In this document: piece by piece, positions 1-12,970 of the stretch
Layout: every line of letters starts with the position of its first letter
How positions within the stretch are numbered: the stretch's first letter is position 1
Source: an uncultured Acidobacteriota bacterium
GTDB taxonomy: Bacteria; Acidobacteriota; Thermoanaerobaculia; UBA5066; Gp7-AA6
Direction: 5' to 3'
Assembly (NCBI GenBank): GCA_963847075.1
Contig: CAWJYL010000002.1
Span: forward strand, 20,668 to 84,667
Length of the DNA stretch: 64,000 nt
Position numbers and translations under genes: made by a program
Notes under the pieces: generated by a model
Told to the model about the DNA's origin: nothing
The model's database searches: none
Seen by the model: only the letters and a program-made list of their open reading frames with translations

Positions 1-460
1 ATTAGAAGCCGCAAAAATGGCTGCGAGCGGGAAAGAGTTGAAGAAATTGTTGACGAGACTTGAACAGGTTCGAAAACAAACTACACTTTTTGTTGTTGTA
101 GATAAACTTAGACAACTTGTGAAAGGTGGACGCATCGGTAAAGGTCGAGGATTGATTGGTTCATTATTAAATATTAAACCAATTGCAACATTGCAAGATG
201 GCGTTTATACACCAGTTGCGAAAGTGCGAAGTCATCGACAAGTCGTTGCACATTTATTTAAAGTGTTTACTGAAGAAACAGCTGGGAAAATAATTCGAGG
301 TGTTGGAATTTCCCATGCAAATGGATTGGCAATGGCTGAACCATTGAAAAAACTGATTGAAGATACTGGGTATTAAAGATGTTAGACTAACATTTACAAC
401 CCTATTATTAGTACACATACTGGTGAAGGTGCAATTGGTTTCATGTATTATACTGATTAA
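1..460 (+). CDS. DegV family fatty-acid-binding protein, 3' part (runs off window start; indel near 376)
   Basis: LVKGGRIGK...LLNIKPI motif; C-terminal PIISTHTGEGAIG follows in another frame. Confidence 0.85.
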
Positions 461-499
461 GATAGATGATTCTTTACTAAGAAAAGGGGAACTATACGT

Positions 500-1327
500 A
501 TGAGAAGGATTATTATACTGTCATTCGTCTTCTCATTATTTTTGTCTGGTTGTAAATCACCGTTTGTTAAGTCCACGATAGCCTGTTACGGAAGAGAATG
601 TATACCGCAGTTTGACAGAATGGAATATTCCAGGGACATTTCATTCCTAAAAGACATCAATGTTGTTGGACTTGGTGATTCACTGACAGAAGGTGTCGGG
701 GATGAACTTAAAAGAGGTGGTTATTTTGGACGATTAACCAATGCGATGACTGATTGGAAAGGTGTCAAAGATGTAGAAGTTGAAAACTTGGCAAAAAGAG
801 GACGTAGAAGTGATCAACTTATTAGAGCAACTAGAAGAGCCAGAAATTCAAGAACTATTATAAAAAATGCAGATTTTATATTATTTACAATTGGCGGCAA
901 TGATATAATGAAAATTGTAAAGAGAGATTTATTTAATTTGAAAAAAGAAGCTTTTTACGATGAACTTGAACAGTATTGACAATCGATTAGATGAAATTTT
1001 TAGGATGATTAGAGGATTGAATGCGGGATGCGATTATTATTGTAGGCGGACTTTATAATCCATTTTCAATTGTGACGGATGAAGCAACTGAATTTGAGGA
1101 AATTATTGAGCGACTGGAACAATGCGATTGAAGTTCGGACTGTGTTGGACGGTAAATCATGCTTCGTTCCTGTAACTGATTTGTTCAATTCAAATGCGAA
1201 TATGGTTTACCACACCGATTTTTTCCATCCAAATGCAAAAGGATATGAAGAAATGGCAAATCGTTACATCGAAAAAATTGATGAATGCGGTTTACTAGAA
1301 CTATCGGATGGGGAATTGGATATGTAG
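500..1327 (+). CDS. SGNH/GDSL hydrolase lipoprotein (YpmR-like), frameshifted
   Basis: Lipobox LSGC, GLGDSLT, TIGGND, DFFHPN motifs across ORFs 500-979 and 1079-1327. Confidence 0.85.
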
Positions 1328-1339
1328 GGAGCTGATTGA

Positions 1340-1921
1340 GTGAATCTTTGGAAAATCGCGTTTTTTCGTACTAGCTGGACTTATTGCAGCGTGCAGTTGT
1401 CTATTTATTTATATCTACTTGGGCAACACAGATGAATCTGATGCCTATTCCAGAGCAGAAATAGAATATCAGTGCAGCAAATTACTTAACGGTGAGTGCA
1501 ACGAAGGAAGATTTTGAAGGTATTGCGAATACGTATATTCGAAAAGCGATGAATAAGGAGCCACTTCCAGTAACGATGGAGGTTGAAGATGATATTATTT
1601 TGATATCGGAACTAACTGTTTTCTCTTATACGTTTCCTGTTAATATGCATTTTGATCCGATTGTTCGGGAGGATGGTAATTTAACGTTGAAACAATCTAT
1701 CCGTTGAAATTGGGAAGTTAAATATACCACCAGCAACGGTATTGAAGATATTAAAAGATTCAGTTGAAATTACCGCCGTGGATGATTGTTCGTCCAAAAG
1801 AAGAAGAATTATTTATCGATCTTAAGCGCAATACCCATTTCAGGGGATTTACAAGTAAGAGCAAAAGAATTTAATCTTGGACAAGGATGAAATTATTCTT
1901 GAAATAATGATTCCAAAATGA
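1340..1921 (+). CDS. YpmS family protein, frameshifted
   Basis: GTG start MNLWKIAFF; F-P-V-DGNL-LK motif; synteny ypmR-ypmS-msrA. Confidence 0.7.
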
Positions 1922-1939
1922 ATGAGGAGGATAATATGT

Positions 1940-2470
1940 ATGGCTGAAGCATTAGCAACATTTGCAGGAGGTTGTTTTTGGTGTATGGTCAAACCATTTG
2001 ACCGATATGAAGGGGTCCAGTCCGTAATTTCTGGTTATACTGGCGGTGATGTAGAAAACCCTTCCTATGAACTTGTTTGTACAAATACAACCGGTCACAG
2101 GGAAGCCGTGCAAATTACATTTGACGAGGATCATTATTTCATATGAAGAATTACTTGATCATTTTTTGGCGCCAAATTGATCCAACTGATTCAGGCGGAC
2201 AATTTTTTGACCGAGGCGAATCTTATGAAACTGCAATTTTCACACATTCAGAAGAACAAAGACATCTTGCCGAAAAATCTAAAAGAGGAACTTGAAGCAT
2301 CAGGAAAGTTTGATAAACCAATTGCAACAGAAATTTTACCAGCAAAAACATTTTATCCTGCCGAAGAAGGCCATCAAGATTATTACATGAAAAATCCGAC
2401 TCATTATAATAGATATGCAATTGGATCAGGTAGAGAGCAATTTAAAAGCGATAATTGGAGGGAAGAATAA
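1940..2470 (+). CDS. msrA: peptide-methionine (S)-S-oxide reductase, frameshifted
   Basis: [25 protein letters not shown]. Confidence 0.95.
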
Positions 2471-2897
2471 TGAAGGAAGATTTGAAGAAATAGATTAACG
2501 GATATGCAATATCATGTAACGCAAGAAAACGGAACAGAACAGCCATTTCGAAATGAGTATGATAGTCATTATGAAGAAGGAATCTATGTTGACATCGTTT
2601 CTGGCAAGCCATTGTTCAGCTCAAAAGACAAATATGATGCAGGATGCGGATGGCCAAGTTTTACAAAACCAATTGAAGAAGCAAGAAGTAACTGAGCATT
2701 TTGATGATAGTCATGGAATGCGACGTACTGAAGTGAGAAGTAAAACAGCCGACTCTCATTTAGGTCATGTTTTTCCTGACGGACCAGGAGCAGATGGACT
2801 TCGTTATTGTATTAATTCTGCGGCATTGCGTTTTGTTCCAGTAACTGATCTTGAAAAAGAAGGATATGGCGAGTACAGTAAATTATTTCAACGGTAA
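2470..2897 (+). CDS. msrB: peptide-methionine (R)-S-oxide reductase, frameshifted
   Basis: [26 protein letters not shown]. Confidence 0.95.
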
Positions 2898-2915
2898 TTA
2901 TAAGGAGTTGAAGAC

Positions 2916-3140
2916 ATGAATCGAACTTTTTATCAGTTTACATTTTCGTTTCGCGGCGGTGGGAAAGATGATGACAAAGCCGTATTTGCTGAAGGTATGT
3001 TTAAAGATCTCAGCTTTCCAAAAGAAGAAACAAGATACGATCCGTTATCACGGTATATTGAAGAGAAAGCTGATGAAGAAATGCGACCAATCGTATTTGA
3101 CGAATTATATAATATTTATATGAGACCGTGTAAATCCTGA
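2916..3140 (+). CDS. YozE family protein
   Basis: FYQF...D-SFPK...LSRYIE pattern, 74 aa, usual position after msrB. Confidence 0.75.
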   Translation: MNRTFYQFTFSFRGGGKDDDKAVFAEGMFKDLSFPKEETRYDPLSRYIEEKADEEMRPIVFDELYNIYMRPCKS

Positions 3141-3251
3141 TTCTCAATAAGAAAATATTTATATGCGTTCTTCATTGGTATCATACTTCTTTGCATCTAG
3201 CGACAATAAATGTATGATTAAACAAGATAATTTGAAAGAGAGGGAAAATTA

Positions 3252-3953
3252 ATGAGTATACATATTAATGCTGAAAAAGGCGAATTGCTGAAACGATTTT
3301 ATTACCAGGAGATCCACTTCGTGCAAAATACATTGCGGAAACATTTTTAGAAGACGTAACGCAATATAATGAAGTTCGAAATATGTTTGGCTATACTGGA
3401 ACTTATAAAGGAGAACGAATTTCAGTTCAAGGAACAGGAATGGGTGTTCCATCTATTTCCATTTACGTGACAGAACTGATGCAGGAATACGATGTTCAAA
3501 ACTTAATTCGTGTAGGGACATGTGGTGCAATTCAAAAAGATGTGAAACTCCGTGATGTCATCATTGCTCAAGGAGCTACAACAAATTCAAGCATGAATGA
3601 TATTATTTTCGATAAAATTAATTATGCACCAATCGCCGATTTTGATTTACTTAACTAAAGCCTACAATGCAGGGATTGAAAAAGGATTAGATTTAAAAGT
3701 CGGTAATGTCTTCACAGAAGACTTTTTTATAATGAGTTTTCGGATCATGAAAAATTGGCTCAATATGGGGTTCTTGCAGTAGAAATGGAAGCATCAGCAC
3801 TTTATACGCTAGCTGCTAAATTCGGCACGAAAAGCACTTGCGATTTTAACAGTAAGTGATCATATTTTAACTGGTGAAGCAACTTCTCGGAAGAACGTCA
3901 ACTCACATTTAATGATATGATTGAAGTGGCATTTGAAGCTGCAATCAAAATAA
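3252..3953 (+). CDS. deoD: purine-nucleoside phosphorylase, frameshifted
   Basis: [36 protein letters not shown] motifs. Confidence 0.95.
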
Positions 3954-3959
3954 GTAAAT

Positions 3960-4050
3960 GACCGCTTGAAATGCCTAGCGGCCGTTTCTGACAGGCATAA
4001 GCACTTATGCCCAGAGTCTGCTGCTAGGCTGATATACATGCGGTCTTTTT
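3960..4050. repeat. long nested hairpin resembling a shortened Bacillaceae-type dispersed intergenic repeat
   Basis: gaccgc/gcggtc, gcctagcggc/gctgctaggc and ggcataag/cttatgcc arms are mutually complementary. Confidence 0.55.
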
Positions 4051-4091
4051 ACACTATTTGCATATCAATTGTAGGGAAAGTGGGGAATAGG

Positions 4092-5630
4092 ATGGACGAA
4101 AAAGAGAAAGAGTATGAAGCCAAATGACGAAGATAAGAATCCGAATTTACACCTGTTCCAGATAGACCGGGAAAACGATCGATTCAATTAAAACCATTCT
4201 CCTTCGTTATGCTTATATTTGGCCTTATTCTTATTACAGCCGGAATTACGTTTTTTATTTTAACTGCAGGTGATGATAAGGTTGTAGAAGTTGTAAAACC
4301 GCCACAACAGGTTGCTGAAAGAGAAGAATTTAAAAAGTTGTATGAAGCATATGATGAAATGAAAAAGAATTACTTTCGAAGATATTGATGAAGCAGCAGT
4401 AATAGATGGTGCGATTAACGGAATGATTGATGCACTAGATGATCCTTACTCAGATTATTTGAATGAAGAAGAAGCACGCCAATTAAACGAGAGTATTTCA
4501 TCAAGTTTTGAAGGAATTGGTGCGGAAATCCAAGAGCAAGATGGTTATATTGCTGTTGTTTCTCCAATTAAAAATTCACCTGCAGAACGAGCAGGAATAT
4601 TACCAAAAGATAAAATCATTGCAGTTGATGGCGAAAGTATTCAAGGGATGTCTTCATCAGAAGCAGTGCTTCTTATTCGAGGTGAAAAAGGAACACCAGT
4701 TACATTAACAATAATGCGAGGTAGGCACGGATGAACCAATTGAAGTGAAAATTGTTCGTGACGTTATTCCAATTGAAACCGTTTATTATGAAATGATTGA
4801 AGATGGAATTGGACATATACGTATTACAAGTTTCTCAATGGGTACATATGAAGAGTTACTGGCAGCACTTGATGAGAATGGAAGCAGAAGGTATGAAAGG
4901 GCTTGTAGTTGATGTTCGTCAAAATCCAGGTGGAATACTTAGATGCGGCATTAGAAATATCAGATTTATTTGTTGAAAAGGGAAAAAACTATATTCCAAT
5001 ACGAAGAAAAAGGTACAAAACGCTGAAGTTTATCCAGCAACTAGCGGACGTAAAGTAAAAGTACCCGTTACAGTTGTTAATCGATGACGGAAGTGCATCA
5101 GCTTCTGAAATACTTGCAGGCTGCACTTAAGCGAATCATCTGGTATTCCACTTGTTGGTGTGACAACATTTGGTAAAGGAACTGTTCAATCACCAAAAGA
5201 TCTTCCAGATGGATCAAATTTAAAACTAACCACTGCGAAATGGCTAACACCAGATGGCAATTGGATTCATGAAAAAGGCATAAAACCAGACGTTGAAGTT
5301 CCTTATCCTTCTTATGCAATGTTGCCATTTTTAGATCCAGCTGTGGAAATGAAAGATGGCTTGCTTTCTCCAACAGTAAAATCTGCAGAGGAAATGCTTG
5401 AGGCGGTTGGTTATAATCCAGGTGAAGTTGATGGCTTATTCGATGATGAAACCGATAGAAGCTGTAATAAAACTTCAAGAAGATCTTGCATATTGAAACA
5501 ACAGGGATTTTGTCGGTGATACAACATTTGGTTTGATGGAGAAATTACGAGATAAAATTGAAGAAGATGATCCGCAATTATTGAAAGCAAAAGAAGCTAT
5601 ATAAAAGAAAAACTTAAGCAAAATAACTAG
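4092..5630 (+). CDS. ctpA: S41 carboxy-terminal processing protease with PDZ and peptidoglycan-binding domains, frameshifted
   Basis: LDDPYSDY, FEGIGAEI, SASASEI, TTFGKGTVQ, WLTPDG. Confidence 0.9.
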
Positions 5631-5655
5631 TTAGCGTCAATACTTCTATGAAGTC

Positions 5656-5693
5656 AGAAAAGCGTCCGTCCTAAATAGGATGGGCGCTTTCTT
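5656..5693 (+). terminator. intrinsic terminator
   Basis: agcgtccgtcct/aggatgggcgct stem followed by T-rich run. Confidence 0.7.
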
Positions 5694-5720
5694 AATTCAT
5701 GAAAATGAGGTGAGCGTAGT

Positions 5721-6635
5721 ATGATTGATGTTTATTTATTTAGTGGTTTTCTTGGAAGTGGAAAAACATCATTATTACTAAATGTAATTCAGGAATTAAA
5801 AGAAGCATGGGAAAAAACCAGCAGTCTTCATGAATGAATTTGGAAATTTACCAGTTTGATTCAAACTCAGTTGAAGGCGAAGTGTTCCGCTAAAAGAATT
5901 ACTAGATGGTTGTATATGTTGTACGGGTTCTGAGAAGACAGAAGCGCAGATTCAAGGGTTACTTAGAAGAAAATGATGATATTGATGTCATTTTAATTGA
6001 AACGACAGGTGCTGCACATCCTGTAGAAGCACTTGATGCAGTTTATTCACCACTTATTTGCAGATCGACTACAAGTTAAAGGGAATTGTAACAGTTGCCG
6101 ATAGTAAACTTTGGCTTAATCGAGACACATTATCACCAAGAATCCGTGCACTTTATATGGAACAAATTAGACATGCCCATATACTACTTGCAAATAAAAC
6201 AGATCTTATTAACTGAAGATGAACTCGCGACAGTAACAATGGAGTTGTCTAATTTTAATAGTACTGCCCCAATAATTCAAACAGTAAATGCAAAAGTTGC
6301 TTTTTCATATATTGAAAAAGTACTTCAATTCAGCGAAAAAAGAGAACTACTAAAGATGTTATTTCAGGGCAGGGCTTCCGCTATCTTCAAAACTGATCAC
6401 ATTTTCAGAAAGTGTGAATATGGAGGAGTTTGAAAATTGGGTGAAATCTCTTCCAGATACCGTGTATCGAATGAAAGGATTTGTTCCTGTAGTAGGAACT
6501 AAAAATCCTTATCTATTTCAATATGCATATGGAATGGTGAATTGGATGCCAGAATATGTGAAAATGGAGCCTAGACTTGTAATTATAGGTGAAGGAATTG
6601 AAAGTATAGACTATGAAAATTCGGTAAAATACTAG
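5721..6635 (+). CDS. CobW/COG0523 metal-binding GTPase, frameshifted
   Basis: SGFLGSGKT, NEFG, GCICC, IETTG; C-terminal YRMKG. Confidence 0.88.
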
Positions 6636-6819
6636 ATATCGTCAACCCCAATATAGATGAAAATAAAAACATAGTTGCCCAAATGTATCCAGTTTTCGAT
6701 TAAATGTAATGTCCTATTGCTAACGTATTTATATGATAAACTGGTTTATATTGGTAATAAATATCCTATATTCTCAATCTCTAGACGTTATGATAGATTG
6801 CGAAGGGAGGAGTTAAGAG

Positions 6820-7750
6820 ATGAAAAAATCGATAGCAGATCATCTTACTCGGTTCGGCACTCTTACTGCCGAACAACAATAGTGTAGAAGCTTCATATTC
6901 AAACAATAATGTACAGGTGAAAAAAGTGTACAGTACGTTCAATTGCGTTGGATTGGGAAGACAAAAAGTTCGATTTCAGTAATATGAAACTGAAAAAGAA
7001 CGATTATAAAGCTCTTCAAGACAATTTGATGAAAAGTTTCCAAAATATCTACAGCTAGAAAAGGCTCCAGTCTAACCTGCTAGAAGCTAAACCAGCTCCA
7101 GAAGCTAAGCCAGCACCAGAAGCTAAACCAGCTCCGACAACAACCGGAAGCTAAACCAGCACCAGAAGCTAAACCAGCACCAGAAGCTAAACCAGCTCCA
7201 GAGGCTAAACCAGCACCAGCTAAACCAGCTCCAGAGCAAGCCAACACCGGAGGCTAAACCAGCACCAGAAGCTAAGCCAGCACCGGAAGCAAAACCAGCT
7301 CCAGCTCCAACTACACCAGCACCAGCACCGGAAAAACCAGCTAAACCAGTTGAGGCTGCACCAAATGCTTCAGTTTCAGCAATTGAAAAAGCGGTACTTG
7401 ATTTAACAAATGCTGAAAGACAAAAAGCAGGTCTTAAACCATTACAAACAGATAGCAAGTTAATGAACTCAGCTCGTGCAAAAATCAACAGATATGGCTA
7501 TCGAATAATTATTTCTCACATACAAGCCCAACATACGGTTCTCCGTTTGATCAAATGAAAGCAAATGGTGTTTCATATAAATCGGCAGCGGAAAATATTG
7601 CAATGGGTCAACGTACTGCAGAAGAAGTTGTAAAAGGATGGATGGAATCTCCAGGACATAGACAAAAATCTTAAACCTGGTTTCACTCATATCGGAATTG
7701 GTTATGATGAAAACGGTAATTACTGGACACAACAATTTATTACAAAATAA
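6820..7750 (+). CDS. secreted CAP/SCP-domain protein (YkwD-like) with Pro-rich linker, frameshifted
   Basis: VLDLTNAERQKAGL, YFSHTSPTYGSPF, AAENIAMGQ, WMESPGHR, YWTQQF. Confidence 0.9.
7081..7335 (+). repeat. coding 18-bp tandem repeat (gaagctaaaccagcacca, EAKPAP)
   Basis: About a dozen imperfect copies visible inside the CAP gene. Confidence 0.9.
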
Positions 7751-7940
7751 AATATAAACTTGAAAAAGCGATTCTTTGAGCCAAATCTATATTCGGCTTA
7801 AGGGAATCGCTTTTTTTATTAATTTTAAGTGATAGAATTAATTAACGTTTACATAATAATATTATTGGCTTTAATCGTTAGTTTTTATAACGTTTAGATA
7901 ATCACGTTTCCTGCGCATACTCTTTTTATGGGGTGAGGGT

Positions 7941-9376
7941 ATGGAAGAAACGATTTCGACGAGCAGTTTGATTTTATACATAAAAGAAAGATTTCATAAT
8001 ACTTCAGATCTTTTTGTAGAGGAAATCGAGTGGCAAGGTCAACCGCAATTGTTTGTTATTATACAGTTTTAACTGAAGGCGGGACGTTGAATGAACAATT
8101 AGAAATCCTAAGGAAAAGAGCTAAAGACGGAATTCCAGATTGGGGTGAGACCGGAGCTTCAACTGTTCTTCCATTTTCGATGTCGACATTGATCGAAACA
8201 GTTTGCTATTGGTTCCGTCGCGGTTATTTTTCCTAAAACGAATAAACTACTAAAAATTACAATTCCAAACATTACAGTCCGTTCGCCAGATGAGCCAAAA
8301 AATGAATTTGTCATTCGAGGTTCCCATGAAGGCTTTGTGGAAAGCATTGATAAAAATATTTCGCTTATTAGAAAGCATCTCACAATCCCAGATTTAGTTG
8401 TAAAAGATATACGAATCGGGAAAGAGACAAATACGAAAATCACCTATATCTATATCGAAACAATTGCTGATAAAGAAGTCGTTGAAGATGTTAAAAATCG
8501 ACTTGAAAAAATCGATACTCCTAAAATATACAGCATTGGACAGATCGAAGATTATTTAGAGGATTCGGTTTGGTCTCCTTTCCCGCAGTTCTTAACACTG
8601 AAAGGCCAGACCGTGCCGTTGCGAATTTACTGGAAGGAAAAATCGTTATTTTCACCGATCAATCTCCTACAGCCCTCATTGCACCGGTTACATTTTTTTC
8701 GTTTTACGAGTCACCAGACGATTTTAATGGACGTGTCTATGTCGGATCTTTCTATCGTATTCTAAGGCTGTTTAGTTTCTTGATAGCCATTTTTCTTCCT
8801 GCATTTTACATTGCAGTAGTCGGTTTTCATTCGGAGATTTTGCCTTTTGAAATTAGTAAAAAAGTGAAAATTGCAGTACAAGATATCCCATATCGTCCGA
8901 TAGTTGAAGCGCTAATTGTGGAAATATTCATCGAAGTCATCCGTGAAGCGACAATTCGATTACCTGCACCGATTGGTCCGACAATAGGAATTGTAGGCGG
9001 TCTTGTCATAGGTGATGCAATTGTCAATGCGGGTCTTGTGTCAAATTTGATGGTCATCGTCGTAGCGATGACTGCAATTTCCAGTTTTGTCGTACCGAAT
9101 GTCGAAATGAATATGACTATACGTATTATCAGATTTCCGTTCATGGTTGCAGCGTCCCTTTTTGGTTTTTTCGGCATCGCTATTGCAACACTTATTCTAT
9201 TTATCCATATGATGAATCAGTCTTCACTGAAACAACCTTATTTGTCACCAGTCGTACCATTTGATCCATCCCGTTTTAAAAATATATTCTTTAGGATTCC
9301 ATATTATAAAACTCATAAGCAACAACAAACATTTACTCACGGAGGGGCCAAGAAGAAGGATGGTGGAGAAACTTGA
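7941..9376 (+). CDS. spore germination receptor A subunit (GerA family), frameshifted
   Basis: IRGSHEGFVE, TERPDR, EATIRLP, IGIVGGLVIGDAIV. Confidence 0.9.
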
Positions 9377-10425
9377 ATATCAATTTATCAAGATTCCAGT
9401 TTTTCTTAATTCTATTAATTACACAGACAGGCTCGGCATTCTTCTCCTTTCCTTCACCATTCATCAATGCGATCGGCAGGGATGCATGGCTTGTTTTTAT
9501 CGTTGCTGGAGTCCATTCACTACATGCTCCTTCTCTTTTATGAACGGTATTATAAGCGGTTTACTGTTGGTCCTTTCGTAGGGTGGTTGTATAAAGGGTA
9601 TTGGCTTTTTGTTACAGTGGCTTATCTCGCATACATCGACTATACATTAGCGGTATGGGGGTTCCCAGAAACGCCTCAAGTTATCGTCCTTACAGCGCTA
9701 GTTAGTATTTCGCTGTATGCTAATTTGAGTAAGCCGGAAACAGTCATAAATTTAACGTGTCATTCTAATCCCACTCATCTTCATTTTTTTTGTTTTTTCT
9801 CCAATTTACTTGGAATGATCTCGTTTGGACAAATTTATTCCCGTTAGGAGAAGCTACTGGAAAAGAATGGTTCGAAGGTGTTTTAAAGGCGCAAATTGCA
9901 TTCTTAGGAATTGAGTTATATTTATTTTTCAGAAGGCATGTCGATATTAAGGAGAAAATAACCGGTCTTCCGTTATTCGTCTACCAAATGATATGGTTTA
10001 TTTTTTTCTTTTACTCTGTCGTTCTTGCTCTCTTATATTTCACACTTCCAGGGTTGAAACAAATTCCAGAGCCACTTCTTTATATATTAAAATCCCAAGA
10101 AGTGACTTTTGTTGAGCGGCTAGATTTGTTTTTCCTTTACATTTGGATGATGTGGACCATAATTACCGTTACAATTATTTCATTTACCTCTTTGTATGTC
10201 CATCGGCTACATACAAAAGAACAAAAAAAAAGGGATATAATTATTTGGCATATATTGCTCGTTGTTTTGCCTTTATTCTTTGTTAAAAAATATGTAGAAG
10301 AACTAAATGACATTATCGTTTATCTTCACCTTCTATTTGCCATAATTATCCCAGTAATCGTCATCATTTTAGATAGGAGGAAAAGAAAAATCAAAAAAAT
10401 TACACTAATTTCCATCGCATGTTAA
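9372..10425 (+). CDS. spore germination receptor B subunit (GerAB/ArcD/ProY family), frameshifted
   Basis: Multi-TM protein, FPETP and FVERLD motifs, between A and C subunits. Confidence 0.8.
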
Positions 10426-11466
10426 TTTCTATTAGCAGGCTGTTGGGATGAACGACTATTCAAGGATCTTACCCTCGTTTCGCTTATTGGTGTTGAGGGA
10501 GAACCAGGAAAATTAACTGGACATTACACATTTTCCGCCGTAACAAATGATGCCATTAGTTATTCCACTGTTGAAGGAAGTGGTGTATCCATTAGGGAAA
10601 CCCGGCTCGATGCAAATCGGAAGACGAGTGAAACTCTTGATGTTTCACAATTGCAAGTAATACTCCTCACTACGGAAACTGTGAAGTCAAATATAATTGA
10701 TACTTTCGATGTCTGCTTCAGAACTCCACGTAACCGGTTGAGTAGTAGATTTGTGGTTGTAGAAGGGGAAATGGCTCCGTATATGGAGAAGACAGAAAAA
10801 ATGCCCTTAGAGCTACCTGATTACTATAACAGATATTGGAAACTGCCATATCGTTCTCTATTATTCCGGATATCGATATCCAGCAAACAGCTGAATACTA
10901 TTAGATGATGCGATTGACCTTGCATTGCCTTTTATTAAAATGTCTGAAAGACAGGTACACCTGAAGTGTCAGGGATAGCATTGTTCAGTGACAAAATTTT
11001 TACGGGTCACACATTGGATAGGAAGGAATCGACAATCATCCAAGTTATTCAAAAGAAAACTGGAAAGCAATACGAAGTTCACATATATGTGGGAAAAAGA
11101 GGATAAATCGTATCCGATCACCGTTGAACTCGCCAAATACAAAAGGAAATGGGACATTCAGGACAGCAAGATCGATGCAACTTATAAAATGAAATTTGCT
11201 GTAGAAGAATTTGCTTACGATCATCTGGATGATGAAAAAACAAGAAAAGAATTAGAGAAATTTCTTTCGAAAGAACTGACAAAGGATTTCAACGAAGTGA
11301 TCAAGAAATTGCAAGAAGCCAAAAGTGACGTCGTTGGTTTCGGCAGAACAGTTCGAGCATTCCATCCCCACTTATGGAAAAAGGGAAATGGCAGGATACG
11401 TTTTCGGAACTTGATATAAATGTAAAAGTAGAAGCGGAAATTACACGTACTGGCATATTGAATTAA
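10390..11466 (+). CDS. Ger(x)C spore germination lipoprotein, frameshifted (start approximate)
   Basis: LAGCWDER lipobox, KSDVVGFGR, C-terminal TRTGIL. Confidence 0.82.
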
Positions 11467-11469
11467 ACG

Positions 11470-11506
11470 ATAAAAAACCCGCGAGCTAATAGCATCGCGG
11501 GTTTCA
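11470..11506. terminator. bidirectional terminator between convergent gerC and MATE genes
   Basis: aaacccgcga/tcgcgggttt inverted repeat. Confidence 0.65.
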
Positions 11507-11509
11507 TGT

Positions 11510-12860
11510 TTAACGAATTTCTTTATCTGGATATAGACGCAGTCGAATCGCAAGTGTAATTGCACCAATTGTCAGCCCGACAATAAGACCAATCCAATAA
11601 CCGTACGGTCCGAAATCCGTAAAAGTTGCCATAAAATAACCAACTGGTAAACCAATGATCCAGTATGAAACAATTGCCATAATAAATGTCATATTCACAT
11701 CTTTATATCCTCTAAGCGCTCCTTGAACAGGTGCTTGAACTGCATCGGACAATTGGAATATGGCGGCATAAATAAAGAAATGAACTGCCAATTTAATAAT
11801 TTCAAATCAGTTGTATAAAGCGATGCAATTTGTTCTCTAAATAGCAAAGAATGGTAATTGAGATAAAACTAAATATGATTGCAAAACCGACACCTAAGAT
11901 AACTATATTGCTTTGCATCACTCATTCGTCCTGCACCAATTTCTTGTCCGACGAGAATCGTTGCCCCCATCGAAATACTAAGCGGAATCATATACAAAAG
12001 CGAGGTGAAATTAAGTGCAATTTGATGTGCTGAAATAACTGCTGTAGAATAATTAGCTCATTAGTAATGTAACTGCAGAAAAAATACTTATTTCAACAAA
12101 AATCGAAATCCCGATTGGTACTCCAATAAATAAAATTTCTTTCCACTTTGCAAAAGAAATTTTTCCCCATTCACAAATAGTTGATATTCACTAAATGGTC
12201 CCCATCCACGTGCAATTGCGCATGCAATAAAGAACACAAGCCAATAAGTAATTGCAGAAGCATACCCCGCCCCGACACCACCAAGTTCCGGAAATCCCCA
12301 ATTTCCGTAAATAAGTAGATAATTTAAGAAAATATTAATCGGAGCGGATAAAAGAATGATAGACATCGACACACGCGTTGCTCCAAGTGCATCGAAGAAC
12401 GAACGAAAAACAGTATAAGCGAATAAGAGGAAAAAGACCAAAACTCATCCTTTTAAATAGTCAGCACGCAACAATGCGTACTTGTTCTTCAAGTGGCATC
12501 GCTTCTAGGATCGGTGCAACCGCCGAATCTAATAACTAAAAAGACAATTGCAGAAAGTGCAATTGATACGTATAAGTCCTTGTTGTACAGAAGGTCTTAC
12601 GTCTTCTTTTCTGCGAGCGCCAACAAGATGAGCAATAATCGGTGTTAAGCCCCATTAATATTCCTGCAAGGCCCGTATAAACGGGTACCCAAAATGAAGA
12701 GCCAATTGTAACTCCTGCAAGATGGTATGTATCGTACCGTCCAGTCATAAGTATATCGAAGAACGTAATCAAATACAAGGCGACTTGAGTGATAAGAATC
12801 GGAATGACGATTTTAGCCATTTGAATGGTTTTTTCTTTAGAGGTAAAGCATTATCCAATT
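11510..12860 (-). CDS. MATE family efflux transporter (NorM-like), frameshifted
   Basis: DILMTG, PELGGVGAGYAS, AAIFQLSDAVQ, LRGYKD. Confidence 0.9.
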
Positions 12861-12970
12861 AAATCATCCTTTATTTCGAAAATTAAACATTAGTGTACCA
12901 TGATTTTTGCTATAATAAGATTGACTATCAATGCAATACAAAATTTTTCATAATAGAAGAGGTGAAGGCC

